Shown here: positions 28,374 through 41,163 of the stretch, one piece after another
Numbering within the stretch: position 1 is the first letter of the stretch
How the letters are laid out: each line of letters opens with the position of its first letter
Assembly: GCA_965220745.1 (NCBI GenBank)
Contig: CBDCQT010000007.1
Location: 64,001 to 128,000 of the forward strand
From: Alphaproteobacteria bacterium
GTDB lineage: Bacteria > Pseudomonadota > Alphaproteobacteria > UBA828
DNA: 64,000 nucleotides
Direction: 5' to 3'
Made by a program: the position numbers and the translations under genes
The notes under the pieces: generated by a model
What the model was told of the DNA's origin: nothing
What the model saw: the letters and a program-made list of their open reading frames with translations, nothing else
Database searches by the model: none

Positions 28374-30461
28374 ATGCCTGATCTGTTGCTGGAGGTGCTC
28401 TCCGAGGAAATCCCCGCGCGGATGCAGGCGGGCGGCGCGGACCAGTTGAAGAAGCAGGTCCTCTCCCGGCTAGAGGAGACCCGTCTCGCGTTTGACGCCG
28501 AGGGCGTGCAGTCCTTCGCGACGCCGCGCCGCCTCTCCCTGATCGTGCCGGACCTGCCGCCAAAGCAGCCCGACATCACGGTCGAGCGCAAGGGGCCGCG
28601 CATCGATGCGCCCGAGAAGGCGATTCAGGGCTTCCTCAAGTCCACCGGCCTCACGCTGGCGGATTGCGAGCAGCGGGAGACACCCAAGGGCCCGGTCTGG
28701 TTCGCGGTGAAGCAGGAGAAAGGGCGCCCCACCGGCGACTTGCTCGCCGACCTGCTGCCGGAGGCATTGGCCGCGGTCTCCTGGCCCAAGTCCATGCGCT
28801 GGGAGGAGAGCGGCATTCGCTGGGTGCGCCCCATCCGCTCCATCCTCTGCCTGCTGGACGATACGGTCATTCCCTTCCGCTTCGGTGCCGTGGAGAGCGG
28901 ACGCACCACCCTCGCCCACCGCTTCCTCTCCTCTGGCCCCCTCACCATCGAGCACGCAAGCGAATACGCGGCCAAGCTCGAATCAGCCAAGGTGATGCTG
29001 GACCCAGAGCAGCGGGCTCAGAAGATCGAGGATGACGCGCAGGCGTTGGTGGAGGGCGCCGGTGTTTCCCTCGCGGTGGACCCGTGGCTAAAGGAAGAGA
29101 ACGCCGGCCTCGCTGAATGGCCCGTGGTGCTGATGGGTTCCATTGACGAGTCCTTTATGGACTTGCCGCCCCCAATCCTGCGCTCGGCGATGCGCACCCA
29201 TCAGCGCTACTTCGGCTGCAACCTCTTTGCGACAGGGTCTCCGCCAGCACCCCGCTTCATCATGGTCTCGAACGCCGAGATCAGCGACGGCGGCGTGGCC
29301 ATCGTGGCCGGCAACGAACGCGTGCTGCGGGCCCGCCTGGCCGATGCCCGCTTCTTCTGGGAGCAAGATAAGCGTCAGAAGTTGAAGGACCGATTGCCGG
29401 CGCTGGACGGCGTCGTCTTTCACGCCCGCCTCGGCTCCATGAAGGACAAGGCTGAGCGCATAGCGGCGCTGGCGCGCAAGCTCTGTCGCTACATCAAGGA
29501 TGCTGATCCAGTTGAGGCAGAGCGCGCCGGTCTCCTGGCCAAGGCCGATCTTGTCTCCGAAACGGTCGGCGAGTTCCCCGATCTCCAGGGGGTCATAGGC
29601 TCCTTCTTGGCGGAGGTCCAAGGCGAGGAGTTGGCGGTTTACATGGCCGTTGTCGAGCACTACGCGCCGGAAGGGCCAAGTGTAATCTGCCCGCAGCGAC
29701 CGGTGAGCGTCGCGGTGGCGCTCGCCGACAAGCTCGATACCCTTGCCGGGTTCTTCGCCATCGACGAGCGGCCCACCGGCTCGAAGGACCCGTTTGCATT
29801 GCGCCGCGCCGCCCTCGGCGTTATTCGGCTTATCCTAGAGAATGGGCACCGGCTCCCGCTCGGTAAAGCGTTGTTAGACGCGCTCGTCGGCTATGGAGCA
29901 CTGCTGCCGCCCGAGCCGGGTGCGGAAGCCACGAAGGAGGCGCTGCTTGCTTTCTTCGCCGACCGCCTCAAGGCGGATTTCCGAGAGAGGGGCGTGCGAC
30001 ACGATTTGGTAAGCGCTGTCTTTGCGGTCGACGGCGAGGACGATCTAGTGCGCCTCTTCGATCGTGTCGCAGCGCTGACGCTCTTCCTCGAACGTAGGGA
30101 CGGCGCCAACTTACTCACCGCTTACCGCCGCGCCGCCAACATATTGCGCATCGAAGAGAAAAAGGACGGCACTGGCCATGAGGGAGAGGCCGACCCTGCG
30201 CTTTTCGCCGAGGCGGAGGAACGCACCCTCCACGACTGGATCGACAGGGCGCGCACCGAAGCAGATGCTGCCTTTGAGCGGGAAGATTTCCGGGGTGGGA
30301 TGGCCGCGATGGCAACGCTCCGCGCCCCCGTAGATGCCTTCTTCGATAACGTGACTGTCAACTGCGACAACCCCGCGCTGCGCCGCAACCGGCTGCTGAT
30401 GCTCTCGCAAATCCGCGCCACGCTGGACCGCGTCGCCGACTTCTCGAAGATCGAGGGCTAG
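28374..30461 (+). CDS. glyS: glycine--tRNA ligase beta subunit
   Basis: LLEVLSEEIPA, TPRRL, WPKSMRW, GNERVLRARLADARFF, PTGSKDPFALRR. Confidence 0.96.
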   Translation: MPDLLLEVLSEEIPARMQAGGADQLKKQVLSRLEETRLAFDAEGVQSFATPRRLSLIVPDLPPKQPDITVERKGPRIDAPEKAIQGFLKSTGLTLADCEQRETPKGPVWFAVKQEKGRPTGDLLADLLPEALAAVSWPKSMRWEESGIRWVRPIRSILCLLDDTVIPFRFGAVESGRTTLAHRFLSSGPLTIEHASEYAAKLESAKVMLDPEQRAQKIEDDAQALVEGAGVSLAVDPWLKEENAGLAEWPVVLMGSIDESFMDLPPPILRSAMRTHQRYFGCNLFATGSPPAPRFIMVSNAEISDGGVAIVAGNERVLRARLADARFFWEQDKRQKLKDRLPALDGVVFHARLGSMKDKAERIAALARKLCRYIKDADPVEAERAGLLAKADLVSETVGEFPDLQGVIGSFLAEVQGEELAVYMAVVEHYAPEGPSVICPQRPVSVAVALADKLDTLAGFFAIDERPTGSKDPFALRRAALGVIRLILENGHRLPLGKALLDALVGYGALLPPEPGAEATKEALLAFFADRLKADFRERGVRHDLVSAVFAVDGEDDLVRLFDRVAALTLFLERRDGANLLTAYRRAANILRIEEKKDGTGHEGEADPALFAEAEERTLHDWIDRARTEADAAFEREDFRGGMAAMATLRAPVDAFFDNVTVNCDNPALRRNRLLMLSQIRATLDRVADFSKIEG

Positions 30462-30528
30462 TACGGTGGCCCGGAAACGGACATGACCGCTTCCAGCGTC
30501 CCCCTTCTCGTCATGCCCGGATCAAGTC

Positions 30529-31787
30529 CATTGCTGTCCGGTTTAGCTTGGGTAGACAAGGTGCATGGCTTGGATTCAACTTGGTTTTTGCAAGACCTGT
30601 TGAATCGAAGCTCGCAATGGAGCCCAAGCCATGCCCTACCAGGATACGATTTTCGGCGGACTGATGAAGGCGTTTCCGCGCTGGCGCTTCGACAAGCTGG
30701 CAGAGCGCCACGGAGCGGACTACCGGGTCCGGCGCCTTTCGTCGTGGAGCCAGTTCCAGGCGATGGTGTTCGCCCAGCTGTCGGGCTCGCGCTCGTTGCG
30801 CGAGGCGGTCGGTGCGCTGGAACGCTTTCCGGGCGTCCATGCCCATCTGGGTCTGGCGCCGGTGCGGCGGTCTACGCTCGCGGATGCCAACCGGGTACGT
30901 CCGGCGGCCCTGTTCGAGGACGTACTCGAGGCCCTGGTCGCCCGGCTGGGCGCATCTGCGGGCCAGCGCGGGCGGGAGATGCTGCGCCTCGTCGATGCGA
31001 CCCGGGTCCTGGTTGGCAAGCGGATCGAGAGCTGGGAGGTCGACGGTGCCGTCAAGCTGCACGTGGTCTACGACCCGGACGCAGATGCGCCCGTTTGCTT
31101 TGCCGTGACCTCGGCCAGGGTCAACGACATCACGCCGGCCAAGCGCCTCCCCATCGAGCCCGGCGCGACTTACGTCTTCGACAAGGGCTATTACGACTTC
31201 GCCTTCTGGGCAGACATCGACGCCAAGGGGAGCCGCTTCGTCACCCGGCTGAAGAAGAACTCGCCCACAAGCCTGATCGAGACCCGCCCGGTCAAGCCGG
31301 ACGGCCCGGTCGTGGCCGACCGCGTCGCCTTGCTGTCGAAGCGCCTGGCGGCGAGCCGCCAGAACCCCTTCGACAAGCCGGTGCGTCTGGTCACCGTGCG
31401 CATCGACAGCGGCAGGGAGATCATGCTGGTCAGCAACGACCTCAATGCCCCAGCCGAAGAGATCGCGGCGCTCTACAAGCGGCGCTGGCAGGTCGAGCTG
31501 TTCTTCAAGTGGATCAAGCAGAACCTGAAGATCCGGCACTTCCTCGGCACCAGCGAGAATGCCGTGCGCATCCAGATCGTCACCGCGCTGATCGCCTACC
31601 TGCTGCTGCGGCTGGCGCAGATCGGAACCGGAACCCGGCTCGGCCTCCAGGCCATCGCCCGCCTCGTCGCCAAGACGACCTTCCAGCGCCGGGCGCTCAC
31701 CGACCTCTTCGAACCGCCGCCCGATGAGCCACAAACCCATGACCAACTCCAAATCCCCTTCGCCAAAATCTAAACCGGACAGCAATG
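30529..31787 (+). mobile_element. IS4-family insertion sequence, 1259 bp
   Basis: Perfect 18-bp IRs CATTGCTGTCCGGTTTAG (30529-30546) and CTAAACCGGACAGCAATG (31770-31787); 9-bp direct repeats GATCAAGTC at 30520-30528 and 31788-31796. Confidence 0.95.
30631..31773 (+). CDS. IS4-family DDE transposase
   Basis: LVDAT, VFDKGYY, YKRRWQVELFFKWIK (YREK motif). Confidence 0.93.
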   Translation: MPYQDTIFGGLMKAFPRWRFDKLAERHGADYRVRRLSSWSQFQAMVFAQLSGSRSLREAVGALERFPGVHAHLGLAPVRRSTLADANRVRPAALFEDVLEALVARLGASAGQRGREMLRLVDATRVLVGKRIESWEVDGAVKLHVVYDPDADAPVCFAVTSARVNDITPAKRLPIEPGATYVFDKGYYDFAFWADIDAKGSRFVTRLKKNSPTSLIETRPVKPDGPVVADRVALLSKRLAASRQNPFDKPVRLVTVRIDSGREIMLVSNDLNAPAEEIAALYKRRWQVELFFKWIKQNLKIRHFLGTSENAVRIQIVTALIAYLLLRLAQIGTGTRLGLQAIARLVAKTTFQRRALTDLFEPPPDEPQTHDQLQIPFAKI

Positions 31788-31972
31788 GATCAAGTCCGGG
31801 CATCCATCCCGGCCACATCCGTCGGAGGGTGGCGGCCGCATTCTGCGCGCGCGATCCTCTGGGCGTGCGCGACGTGGATGGCCGGAACACCCCCGGACTT
31901 GATCCGGGGGCCGGCCATGACGGTAAAAGGCTGGCGCCGGGCGTGCGCACTTCCGGGGCAGGACGCTAGGCC

Positions 31973-34643
<2,671 letters not shown>

Positions 34644-34666
<23 letters not shown>

Positions 34667-35534
34667 CCCGCGCTTCGCCTGCGGTGAGCGGTTCTCCCGC
34701 CTCGGCAGCCGCCGCGATCCTCTCCAGGCGCAGCACCGCGAGCGCGGTATCGTCCAGGCCTGAGCGAATCTCGCCCACCTCCCGCTCGCCCGCCATGATC
34801 GGTGTGCCGCTGGGCGGCAGGGGCCCTTCCAGCGCAACCGGCGCGAGCTGCCGACGCACCAGGCCGCGATGCTTGGTGCGCGCCGTCAGCTCCTGGCCGA
34901 CGTAGCAGCCCTTCTCGAAGTCGACGCCGTTGAGCGCCTCGAAGCCGCATTCCATCAGCGTCGCCCGGCCGACTTCCATGTCGCGGCTGCCGTCGGGCGC
35001 GCCGTGGGCGATGCGGTGGCGCTCATAGTCGGCGACGTGGCCCTTGGCGAAGCCCGCCTGCTCCAGGAACGCGAGGTCCGCGCCGCGCGGCAGGACCGCG
35101 CGAAGCCCGAGCGCCGCGCTCCTGGGGTCGCGCATGACGGTGCCGCCCTCACAGGGCGCCGCGCCGCCTTCGCCGGACGGCAGGCCGAACGCATCGTCAG
35201 CATTCTCGCCCCCGAACAGCGCCACCACCCGAAAATCCTCCGTCGCGTCGGCCAGCGCCACATTGGCACGCAGCCTGTAGGCCACCAGCCGGCCCCCGAG
35301 ATCGCCCACGCGCGGCCCCTCGCAGTCCAGCAGATAGCCATCCCCCTGCCGCAGCACGAAGAAATCGTGCAGGAACTTGCCTTGGGGCGTCAGCAGCGCC
35401 GCGTAGATACTACGCGCCTCGGTCACACGCTCGATATCGTTGGAGATCAGCCCCTGGAGGAAGGGCTCGGCCTCGGGACCGTCCACGGAGACGATCCCGC
35501 GATTGTCGAGCGGAACGTAGAGAGCGGTGCTCAT
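34644..35534 (-). CDS. ygfZ: folate-binding Fe-S cluster repair protein YgfZ
   Basis: FLQGLISND, LLTPQGK, KGCYVGQE signature. Confidence 0.9.
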
Positions 35535-35659
35535 CGCCAAGAACTCAGAGTTTTCGCAGTCCGGAACAACCCGCATCTACTATAGACCCCGCAGCCATCG
35601 GTCCAAGCGCTGGGCGGGCTGGGGGTATGAATGGTTCTATCGGTGTGCGAGTTTGGGGG

Positions 35660-36610
35660 ATGACCGGCCTTACTCGCATCGGCTCCAACGTGCTCGCCGG
35701 CATGCCGCTCGACCGGGCCGCGCACCTGCGGACCGACGCGGCGTGGCTCAGGGCCCGCTTCGACGACCCGTCTACCCGCTACGTCGCGATCTGGCGGCAG
35801 AATGCCGTCGTTCGCCTGGGTCCCGAGCCTCGCCCCGTCATCCACTACCGCGAGACCCTCGACGGCCTGCTCGACGAGCACGCCGAGCCCACTCTGCTGG
35901 GCGTGGAGGTCGAGAACGGCGCCGCCGGCGCGGCGCATTTTGTGGTCGATCTCTCTCACGTGGAGGCCGGGGCGCTACTCGCGCGCTCGCCCGGCGGCGA
36001 GATGATGGACCTGCGCGAGCTGGTGCAGATCGTGCCGGGGCCCGATTCCGCGCTCATCGCCTATGCGCGGGGGCTCACCTACTGGCATCGCCGGCATCGC
36101 TTCTGCGGCGCCTGCGGGTCGCCGGCGGCGGCGCTCGAGGCCGGCCACCAACGGCGCTGCACCAACGAGGACTGCGGCGCGGTCCATTTTCCGCGCACCG
36201 ACACGGCGGTTATCACGCTGGTTCATGACGGCGACGAATGTCTGCTCTGCCGCCAGTCGCGTTGGCCGCCGGGGATGCACTCGACCCTCGCGGGCTTCCT
36301 GGAACCCGGCGAGAGTCTGGAGGAATGCGTGGCCCGCGAGATCGAGGAGGAAAGCGGCGTGCGCGTGGGCGATGTCCGCTACCACTCCTCACAGCCCTGG
36401 CCCTTCCCCGGCACGCTCATGGTGGGCTTCATGGCGCAGGCGCTCTCCCGCGAGATCGCGGTCGACGAGACCGAGCTGGAGTACGCCCATTGGTACAAGC
36501 GGCGCGACCTGCTCGGCCGCCGCGACAGCGACGAGTTTCGCCTGCCGGGCCGCTACTCGATCTCCCGCCGGCTGATCGAGGACTGGCTCGCCGGCCGCAT
36601 TCCGCCCTGA
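35660..36610 (+). CDS. nudC: NAD(+) diphosphatase NudC
   Basis: RFCGACG zinc site, FPRTD, AGFLEPGESLEECVAREIEEESG Nudix box, SQPWPFP. Confidence 0.92.
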   Translation: MTGLTRIGSNVLAGMPLDRAAHLRTDAAWLRARFDDPSTRYVAIWRQNAVVRLGPEPRPVIHYRETLDGLLDEHAEPTLLGVEVENGAAGAAHFVVDLSHVEAGALLARSPGGEMMDLRELVQIVPGPDSALIAYARGLTYWHRRHRFCGACGSPAAALEAGHQRRCTNEDCGAVHFPRTDTAVITLVHDGDECLLCRQSRWPPGMHSTLAGFLEPGESLEECVAREIEEESGVRVGDVRYHSSQPWPFPGTLMVGFMAQALSREIAVDETELEYAHWYKRRDLLGRRDSDEFRLPGRYSISRRLIEDWLAGRIPP

Positions 36611-36634
36611 GCCTGCTGCGTCGCGGCGGGCGCG

Positions 36635-36663
36635 TTGACAGGGACCGGGCACGCGCTTATACA
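36635..36663 (+). promoter_or_regulatory. sigma70 promoter of the rpmH operon
   Basis: TTGACA-N17-TATACA. Confidence 0.7.
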
Positions 36664-36713
36664 GCGCCGGCCCCGGCGTTCGCGAGAGACCGTGTCGGGG
36701 GCGGAGACGAGGC

Positions 36714-36848
36714 GTGAAGCGGACCTATCAGCCGAGCAACATCGTGCGCAAGCGGCGCCACGGCTTCAGGCAGCGCATGAAGACCGTGGCCGGCCGGCGC
36801 GTGCTCGCGCGCAGGCGCGCCAAGGGGCGCAAGCGCCTGGCCGTCTGA
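36714..36848 (+). CDS. rpmH: 50S ribosomal protein L34
   Basis: [44 protein letters not shown]; read manually. Confidence 0.97.
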   Translation: MKRTYQPSNIVRKRRHGFRQRMKTVAGRRVLARRRAKGRKRLAV

Positions 36849-36977
36849 GGTTGGCGAGGCTTGGCCTCGCCTGTCGCTATTTCCAGAATGCTCGATGCAC
36901 GCAGGAAAGTTGCGTCGCGCCGCGCGCAACCGCATATCACGACAACGAAGATAACCGCCCGACCGGAAGCAACGTCG

Positions 36978-37406
36978 ATGCGCATCGCCACGCTCAAGAA
37001 ACGGCGCGACTTCCTGCGCGTCCGGGCAGCGGCGCGGCGCTGGGCAGCGCCCGGCCTGGTGCTGCAGGCGGCACCCATGCCCGAGGCGGACACCGAGCAG
37101 GGGCTGGTGCGCGTGGGCTACACCGCGAGCCGGCGGATCGGCAACGCAGTCGCGCGCAACCGCGCCAAGCGCCGATTGCGTGCGGCGGTGGCCCATGTTA
37201 TGCCGGCCTCGGCGCAAAGCGGCTGCGACTACGTCGTCATCGCGCGTGCTGCCACGCTGACCCGCCCGTTCGACGCTTTGGTTGATGATCTGGCCGCGGC
37301 GTTGGCGCGTGTCGGCGCGCGGCCGGGCGATCGAGCACCTGACCGGAGACGGCGAGCCGCCGCCGGCCGGTCGCGCGAAGCGGGCCCGAGAGCGGGAGAC
37401 GCATGA
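36978..37406 (+). CDS. rnpA: ribonuclease P protein component
   Basis: [30 protein letters not shown] (RNR motif). Confidence 0.93.
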   Translation: MRIATLKKRRDFLRVRAAARRWAAPGLVLQAAPMPEADTEQGLVRVGYTASRRIGNAVARNRAKRRLRAAVAHVMPASAQSGCDYVVIARAATLTRPFDALVDDLAAALARVGARPGDRAPDRRRRAAAGRSREAGPRAGDA

Positions 37407-37669
37407 AACCGATCGTTTTACTGATCGTGGGCCTGATCCGCGGATACCAGTATTTCATCTCGCCCCTCCTGCCGCCGAGCTGCCGCTTCGAGCCGACCTG
37501 CTCGCACTATGCGATGACCGCGCTGAGGCGCCACGGCGTTGTCGTCGGCTTGGCGCTCGCGACCTGGCGGATCCTGCGGTGCAATCCCTATTGTCCCGGC
37601 GGGGTCGATGAGGTGCCGGAACGCCCGCTCCGTATCTGGGGCACTCCCTGGAGGCGCGCCCCCCGCTGA
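37403..37669 (+). CDS. yidD: membrane protein insertion efficiency factor YidD
   Basis: [25 protein letters not shown]. Confidence 0.95.
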   Translation: MKPIVLLIVGLIRGYQYFISPLLPPSCRFEPTCSHYAMTALRRHGVVVGLALATWRILRCNPYCPGGVDEVPERPLRIWGTPWRRAPR

Positions 37670-37689
37670 GCGGGGCGGGCGAGCGATCC

Positions 37690-40482
37690 ATGTTCGGCAG
37701 CGGCCAAGACAAGCGCAATCTCATCATCGCGATCGGCGCGATCTTCGTGGTCCTCGTCGGCTGGCAATTCCTCATGCCGGCGCTGTTCCCGCCGGACGAG
37801 AGGCCGCGGCGCGTCGCGGAGCAGCCCACGCCGGGGACGGCGCCGCCGTCGCTGGATCAGGTGGTGCCCGACGTGGACGACCCGACTCAGGTGGAGTTGC
37901 GCCAGGCGGGCATCGACAGCCCCCGCATCACAATCGAGTCACCCAGGCTGAGCGGCTCGATTGCGCGCCTCGGCGGGCGCATCGATTCCATCACGCTGCT
38001 CGACTATCGCGAGGAGGCAGACGAGGAGAGCCCGAACATCGTGCTGCTCCAGCCTCGCGACGCAGTGCGTCCCTATTTTGCGGACTTCGGCTGGATCACG
38101 GCCAACGAGGGCATCGCCCTGCCGCAGCCCGACACCCTCTGGGATGCCGACAAGCTCACGCTCGCGCCCGGCCGGCCGGTCACGCTCCGCTGGGACAACG
38201 GCGCCGGGCTCAAGTTCACACGCAAGATCGACATCGACGAGAATTTCGTCTTCACCGTCACCCAATCGGTGCTCAACACCACCGGCGCGCCGCTCGCGCT
38301 CACGCCTTACTCGCGGATCGCGCGGTTCAGCGACGCCACCGAGTCAATCCTGCCGTTCAAGCCGCTCTTCATCTTCCAGGACGGCGCGCTCGGCGTCTTC
38401 GGCGAGGACTATCAAGACGCCGACTACGACGACATGCGCGACGCCTACGACGCCAAGGTGGAGAACCCCCGCGCCGGGGCCGAGTACCGCTACGGCGCGA
38501 CGGGCGGCTGGATGGGAATAACCGACAAGTACTGGCTGGTGGCGCTCATCCCCGATCAGCAGGTGCCGTTCCACGGCAGCTTCGAGTACGTGCCGGTCGA
38601 CGGCGGCACGGAAGATTCCTTCCAGACCATCTACGAGGCCGAGCCGCTCACGGTGAGTCCGGGGCAGGCGATCTCGCTCACCTCGCACCTCTTCACCGGC
38701 GCCAAGGAGATCAGCCTCCTCGATAACTATGAGGAGACGCTGGGAGCGGATCGGCTGGATCTCTCCGTCGATTTCGGCCCGGCGTGGTTCCTGTCGAAGC
38801 CGATGTTCTACGTCATCGACTTCTTCAACCGGGTGACCGGCAATTTCGGCGTCGCCATCCTGCTGCTAACCATCTGCGTGCGGGTGCTGCTGTTCCCGCT
38901 GGCCAACAAGGCCTACGCGTCCATGAGCCGGATGCGCAAGCTCCAGCCGGAGATGATCCGCCTGCGCGAGCGCTTCAAGGACGACAAGCAGCGGATGAAC
39001 AGCGAGCTGATGAAGCTTTACCGAGAGCAGAAGGCCAACCCGGTGGCCGGTTGCCTGCCGCTGCTCGCTCAGATTCCGGTGTTCTTCGCCCTCTACTACA
39101 TGCTGTTCGTCACCATCGAGATGCGGCACGCGCCCTTCTTCGGCTGGATCCACGACCTCTCCGCGCCCGACCCGATGACCTTCATCACCGGCTTCGGTTT
39201 GCTCGATTGGCCGGTGCCGGAGTTCCTGTTGGTGGGCATCTGGCCGCTCATCTTCGGTGCGACCATGTGGCTCCAGATGAAGCTCAACCCACAGCCGATG
39301 GAGCCGATTCAGCAGAAGATCATGATGGCGCTGCCCATCATCTTCCTCTTCCTGTTCGCGCGCTTCCCGGCCGGGCTGGTGGTCTACTGGACTTGGAACA
39401 ACGTGCTCTCCATCGGCCAGCAATGGCTGATCATGCGGCGCATGGGCATCACCCGCCAGAGCCTCGCCGAGGACGCCGAGAAGATCAAAAAGATCAAGGA
39501 GGCGGCGGAGAAGGGCACGCTCTTGAAGCCCAGCCGCTCTTCCCGCAAGAAGACCAAGCGCCCCGATCCGGCCAAGGAAAGCGCGCGTGCCGCGGGCGAG
39601 GACACGGCACGTCGCGAAGGGACGACGCAACGGGACACCGCCGCACGAGCCCGCAAGTCCCAGCCCCGGACAAGCAAAGCGCGGCGTGACAGCGCTCCGC
39701 GCCAGGATAGAGAGCCACGCCGCGAGGGAGCCGCGCGCAAGGCTGGCGAAACGCGAAGCGACCGACCCGCGCGCCAGGGCGAGGCACCCCGCCGCAAGTC
39801 CGGCTCAACGCAGGCATCGGGTGGCAGTGCGAAGGCGGAGGGTTCGACACGGACCCGGCGTTCAGATTCGGGCGGTGGTCAAAAGACGCGTGCCAAGAGC
39901 GCCGCCCGACCACGCGCCGAGCGCAAGGGTGAGGCAAAGGGCGAGGAGAAGGGCGAGAGCCGGAGCACCATGTCGCCGGCCAAGCGCGCCGCCCTCGAGC
40001 GGGCACGCATCGCGCGGAAGAAGGCCCTGGCCCGCAAGCAGAGGCAAAAGGCCGCGCGCCAGCGCAAGTCCGCGCCGGCCGCCGACCAGCCCGCGGGCCT
40101 GATGGATCGCCTGAAGGCGGGTCTCGGGATTCCCCCGGCCGAGGGGGCGTCCAGGCCCACGCCCGCGGCCGCGACCAAGGCAAAGCCCCAGAAATCGCGC
40201 AGGCAGCGCAGGGCGGAGCGCGCCGCCGCCCGCGCCAGCGAGGAGAGAGACGCTCCCGACGACGCGAACGGCGATGAGGCGTCTACTGACGCAGCCCCTG
40301 CCGATGAGGCGCCGGCCAGTGAGGCCCCGGCTGAGGCGATGAGCGGGGATGCGGCCGGGGACAGCGACGCGCCCACGCAGGAGTCTGCTCCTGGCGCATC
40401 CGCTGACGGCGGCGAATGGACCAGCCAGGACCGGCCAAGGCCGAGGCGGCAGAGAACGCGGAAGCGCGCGCGGCGGCGCTAG
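37690..40482 (+). CDS. yidC: membrane protein insertase YidC with a long C-terminal extension
   Basis: TDKYW, GNFGVAI, SMSRMRKLQPE, NPVAGCLP, QIPVFFALY, WIHDLSAPDP, PAGLVVYWTWNN. The ORF stays open ~345 codons past the conserved end. Confidence 0.93.
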   Translation: MFGSGQDKRNLIIAIGAIFVVLVGWQFLMPALFPPDERPRRVAEQPTPGTAPPSLDQVVPDVDDPTQVELRQAGIDSPRITIESPRLSGSIARLGGRIDSITLLDYREEADEESPNIVLLQPRDAVRPYFADFGWITANEGIALPQPDTLWDADKLTLAPGRPVTLRWDNGAGLKFTRKIDIDENFVFTVTQSVLNTTGAPLALTPYSRIARFSDATESILPFKPLFIFQDGALGVFGEDYQDADYDDMRDAYDAKVENPRAGAEYRYGATGGWMGITDKYWLVALIPDQQVPFHGSFEYVPVDGGTEDSFQTIYEAEPLTVSPGQAISLTSHLFTGAKEISLLDNYEETLGADRLDLSVDFGPAWFLSKPMFYVIDFFNRVTGNFGVAILLLTICVRVLLFPLANKAYASMSRMRKLQPEMIRLRERFKDDKQRMNSELMKLYREQKANPVAGCLPLLAQIPVFFALYYMLFVTIEMRHAPFFGWIHDLSAPDPMTFITGFGLLDWPVPEFLLVGIWPLIFGATMWLQMKLNPQPMEPIQQKIMMALPIIFLFLFARFPAGLVVYWTWNNVLSIGQQWLIMRRMGITRQSLAEDAEKIKKIKEAAEKGTLLKPSRSSRKKTKRPDPAKESARAAGEDTARREGTTQRDTAARARKSQPRTSKARRDSAPRQDREPRREGAARKAGETRSDRPARQGEAPRRKSGSTQASGGSAKAEGSTRTRRSDSGGGQKTRAKSAARPRAERKGEAKGEEKGESRSTMSPAKRAALERARIARKKALARKQRQKAARQRKSAPAADQPAGLMDRLKAGLGIPPAEGASRPTPAAATKAKPQKSRRQRRAERAAARASEERDAPDDANGDEASTDAAPADEAPASEAPAEAMSGDAAGDSDAPTQESAPGASADGGEWTSQDRPRPRRQRTRKRARRR

Positions 40483-41090
40483 AAGCTGGTAGGCGGCTGT
40501 TCGCGCGGCCCTGCCGCTTCGTCGCGGGCGTCGCCGGGCTCGACGGCATGCCGGCGCCAGCGCTCCCCGAGATCGCCTTCGCGGGCCGTTCCAATGTCGG
40601 CAAGTCGAGCCTCGTCAACGCGCTGACCGGGCGTCGTGCGCTGGCGCGCACCTCCAACACGCCAGGGCGCACGCGGGAGCTGAACTTCTTCGACCTCGAC
40701 GGCCGGCTCATGCTCGTGGACCTGCCGGGCTACGGCTACGCCGCCGCCTCCAAGACCAAGATCAAGGCCTGGACCCGGCTGGCTGAGTCCTACCTACGCG
40801 GCCGGCCGACGCTCCGGAGGGTCTGCCTGCTGCTCGACGCGCGGCGCGGCATCACCGCAGCCGATGAGCCGGTCATGGCTGCGTTCGACCAGAGCGCCGT
40901 CTCCTTCCTCGCGGTACTGACAAAGTGCGACAAGCTCGCGCCCGAGGCGCTGACCACACAGACCGCTGCCATCGAGGCGGCGCTTGCCGCCCATGTCGCC
41001 GCCTATCCCTCGCTGATCGCCACCAGCGCGCGCACCGGCGACGGCATCGCAGCGCTCAGGAGCCACCTCGCGGCGCTGGCCACGGCGTAA
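40416..41090 (+). CDS. engB: ribosome biogenesis GTPase YihA/YsxC (EngB)
   Basis: GRSNVGKSS, TPGRT, DLPGYG, TKCD. Confidence 0.93.
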   Translation: MDQPGPAKAEAAENAEARAAALEAGRRLFARPCRFVAGVAGLDGMPAPALPEIAFAGRSNVGKSSLVNALTGRRALARTSNTPGRTRELNFFDLDGRLMLVDLPGYGYAAASKTKIKAWTRLAESYLRGRPTLRRVCLLLDARRGITAADEPVMAAFDQSAVSFLAVLTKCDKLAPEALTTQTAAIEAALAAHVAAYPSLIATSARTGDGIAALRSHLAALATA

Positions 41091-41163
41091 AGAATAGTTT
41101 AGTGATCCGCGGCCGCCGGGCGCCAGCGTACCGCGCCGGCGCCTGCGACCGATCAGGCATCCC

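Larger units (their letters stand above)
30509..31922. repeat. REP-like palindromic element (~146 bp when reconstructed) split by the IS
   Basis: Ends CGTCATG / CATGACG; hairpin ATGCCCGGA-TCAAG-TCCGGGCAT (interrupted by the IS); second hairpin CCCCCGGA-CTTGA-TCCGGGGG at 31890-31910. Confidence 0.8.
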
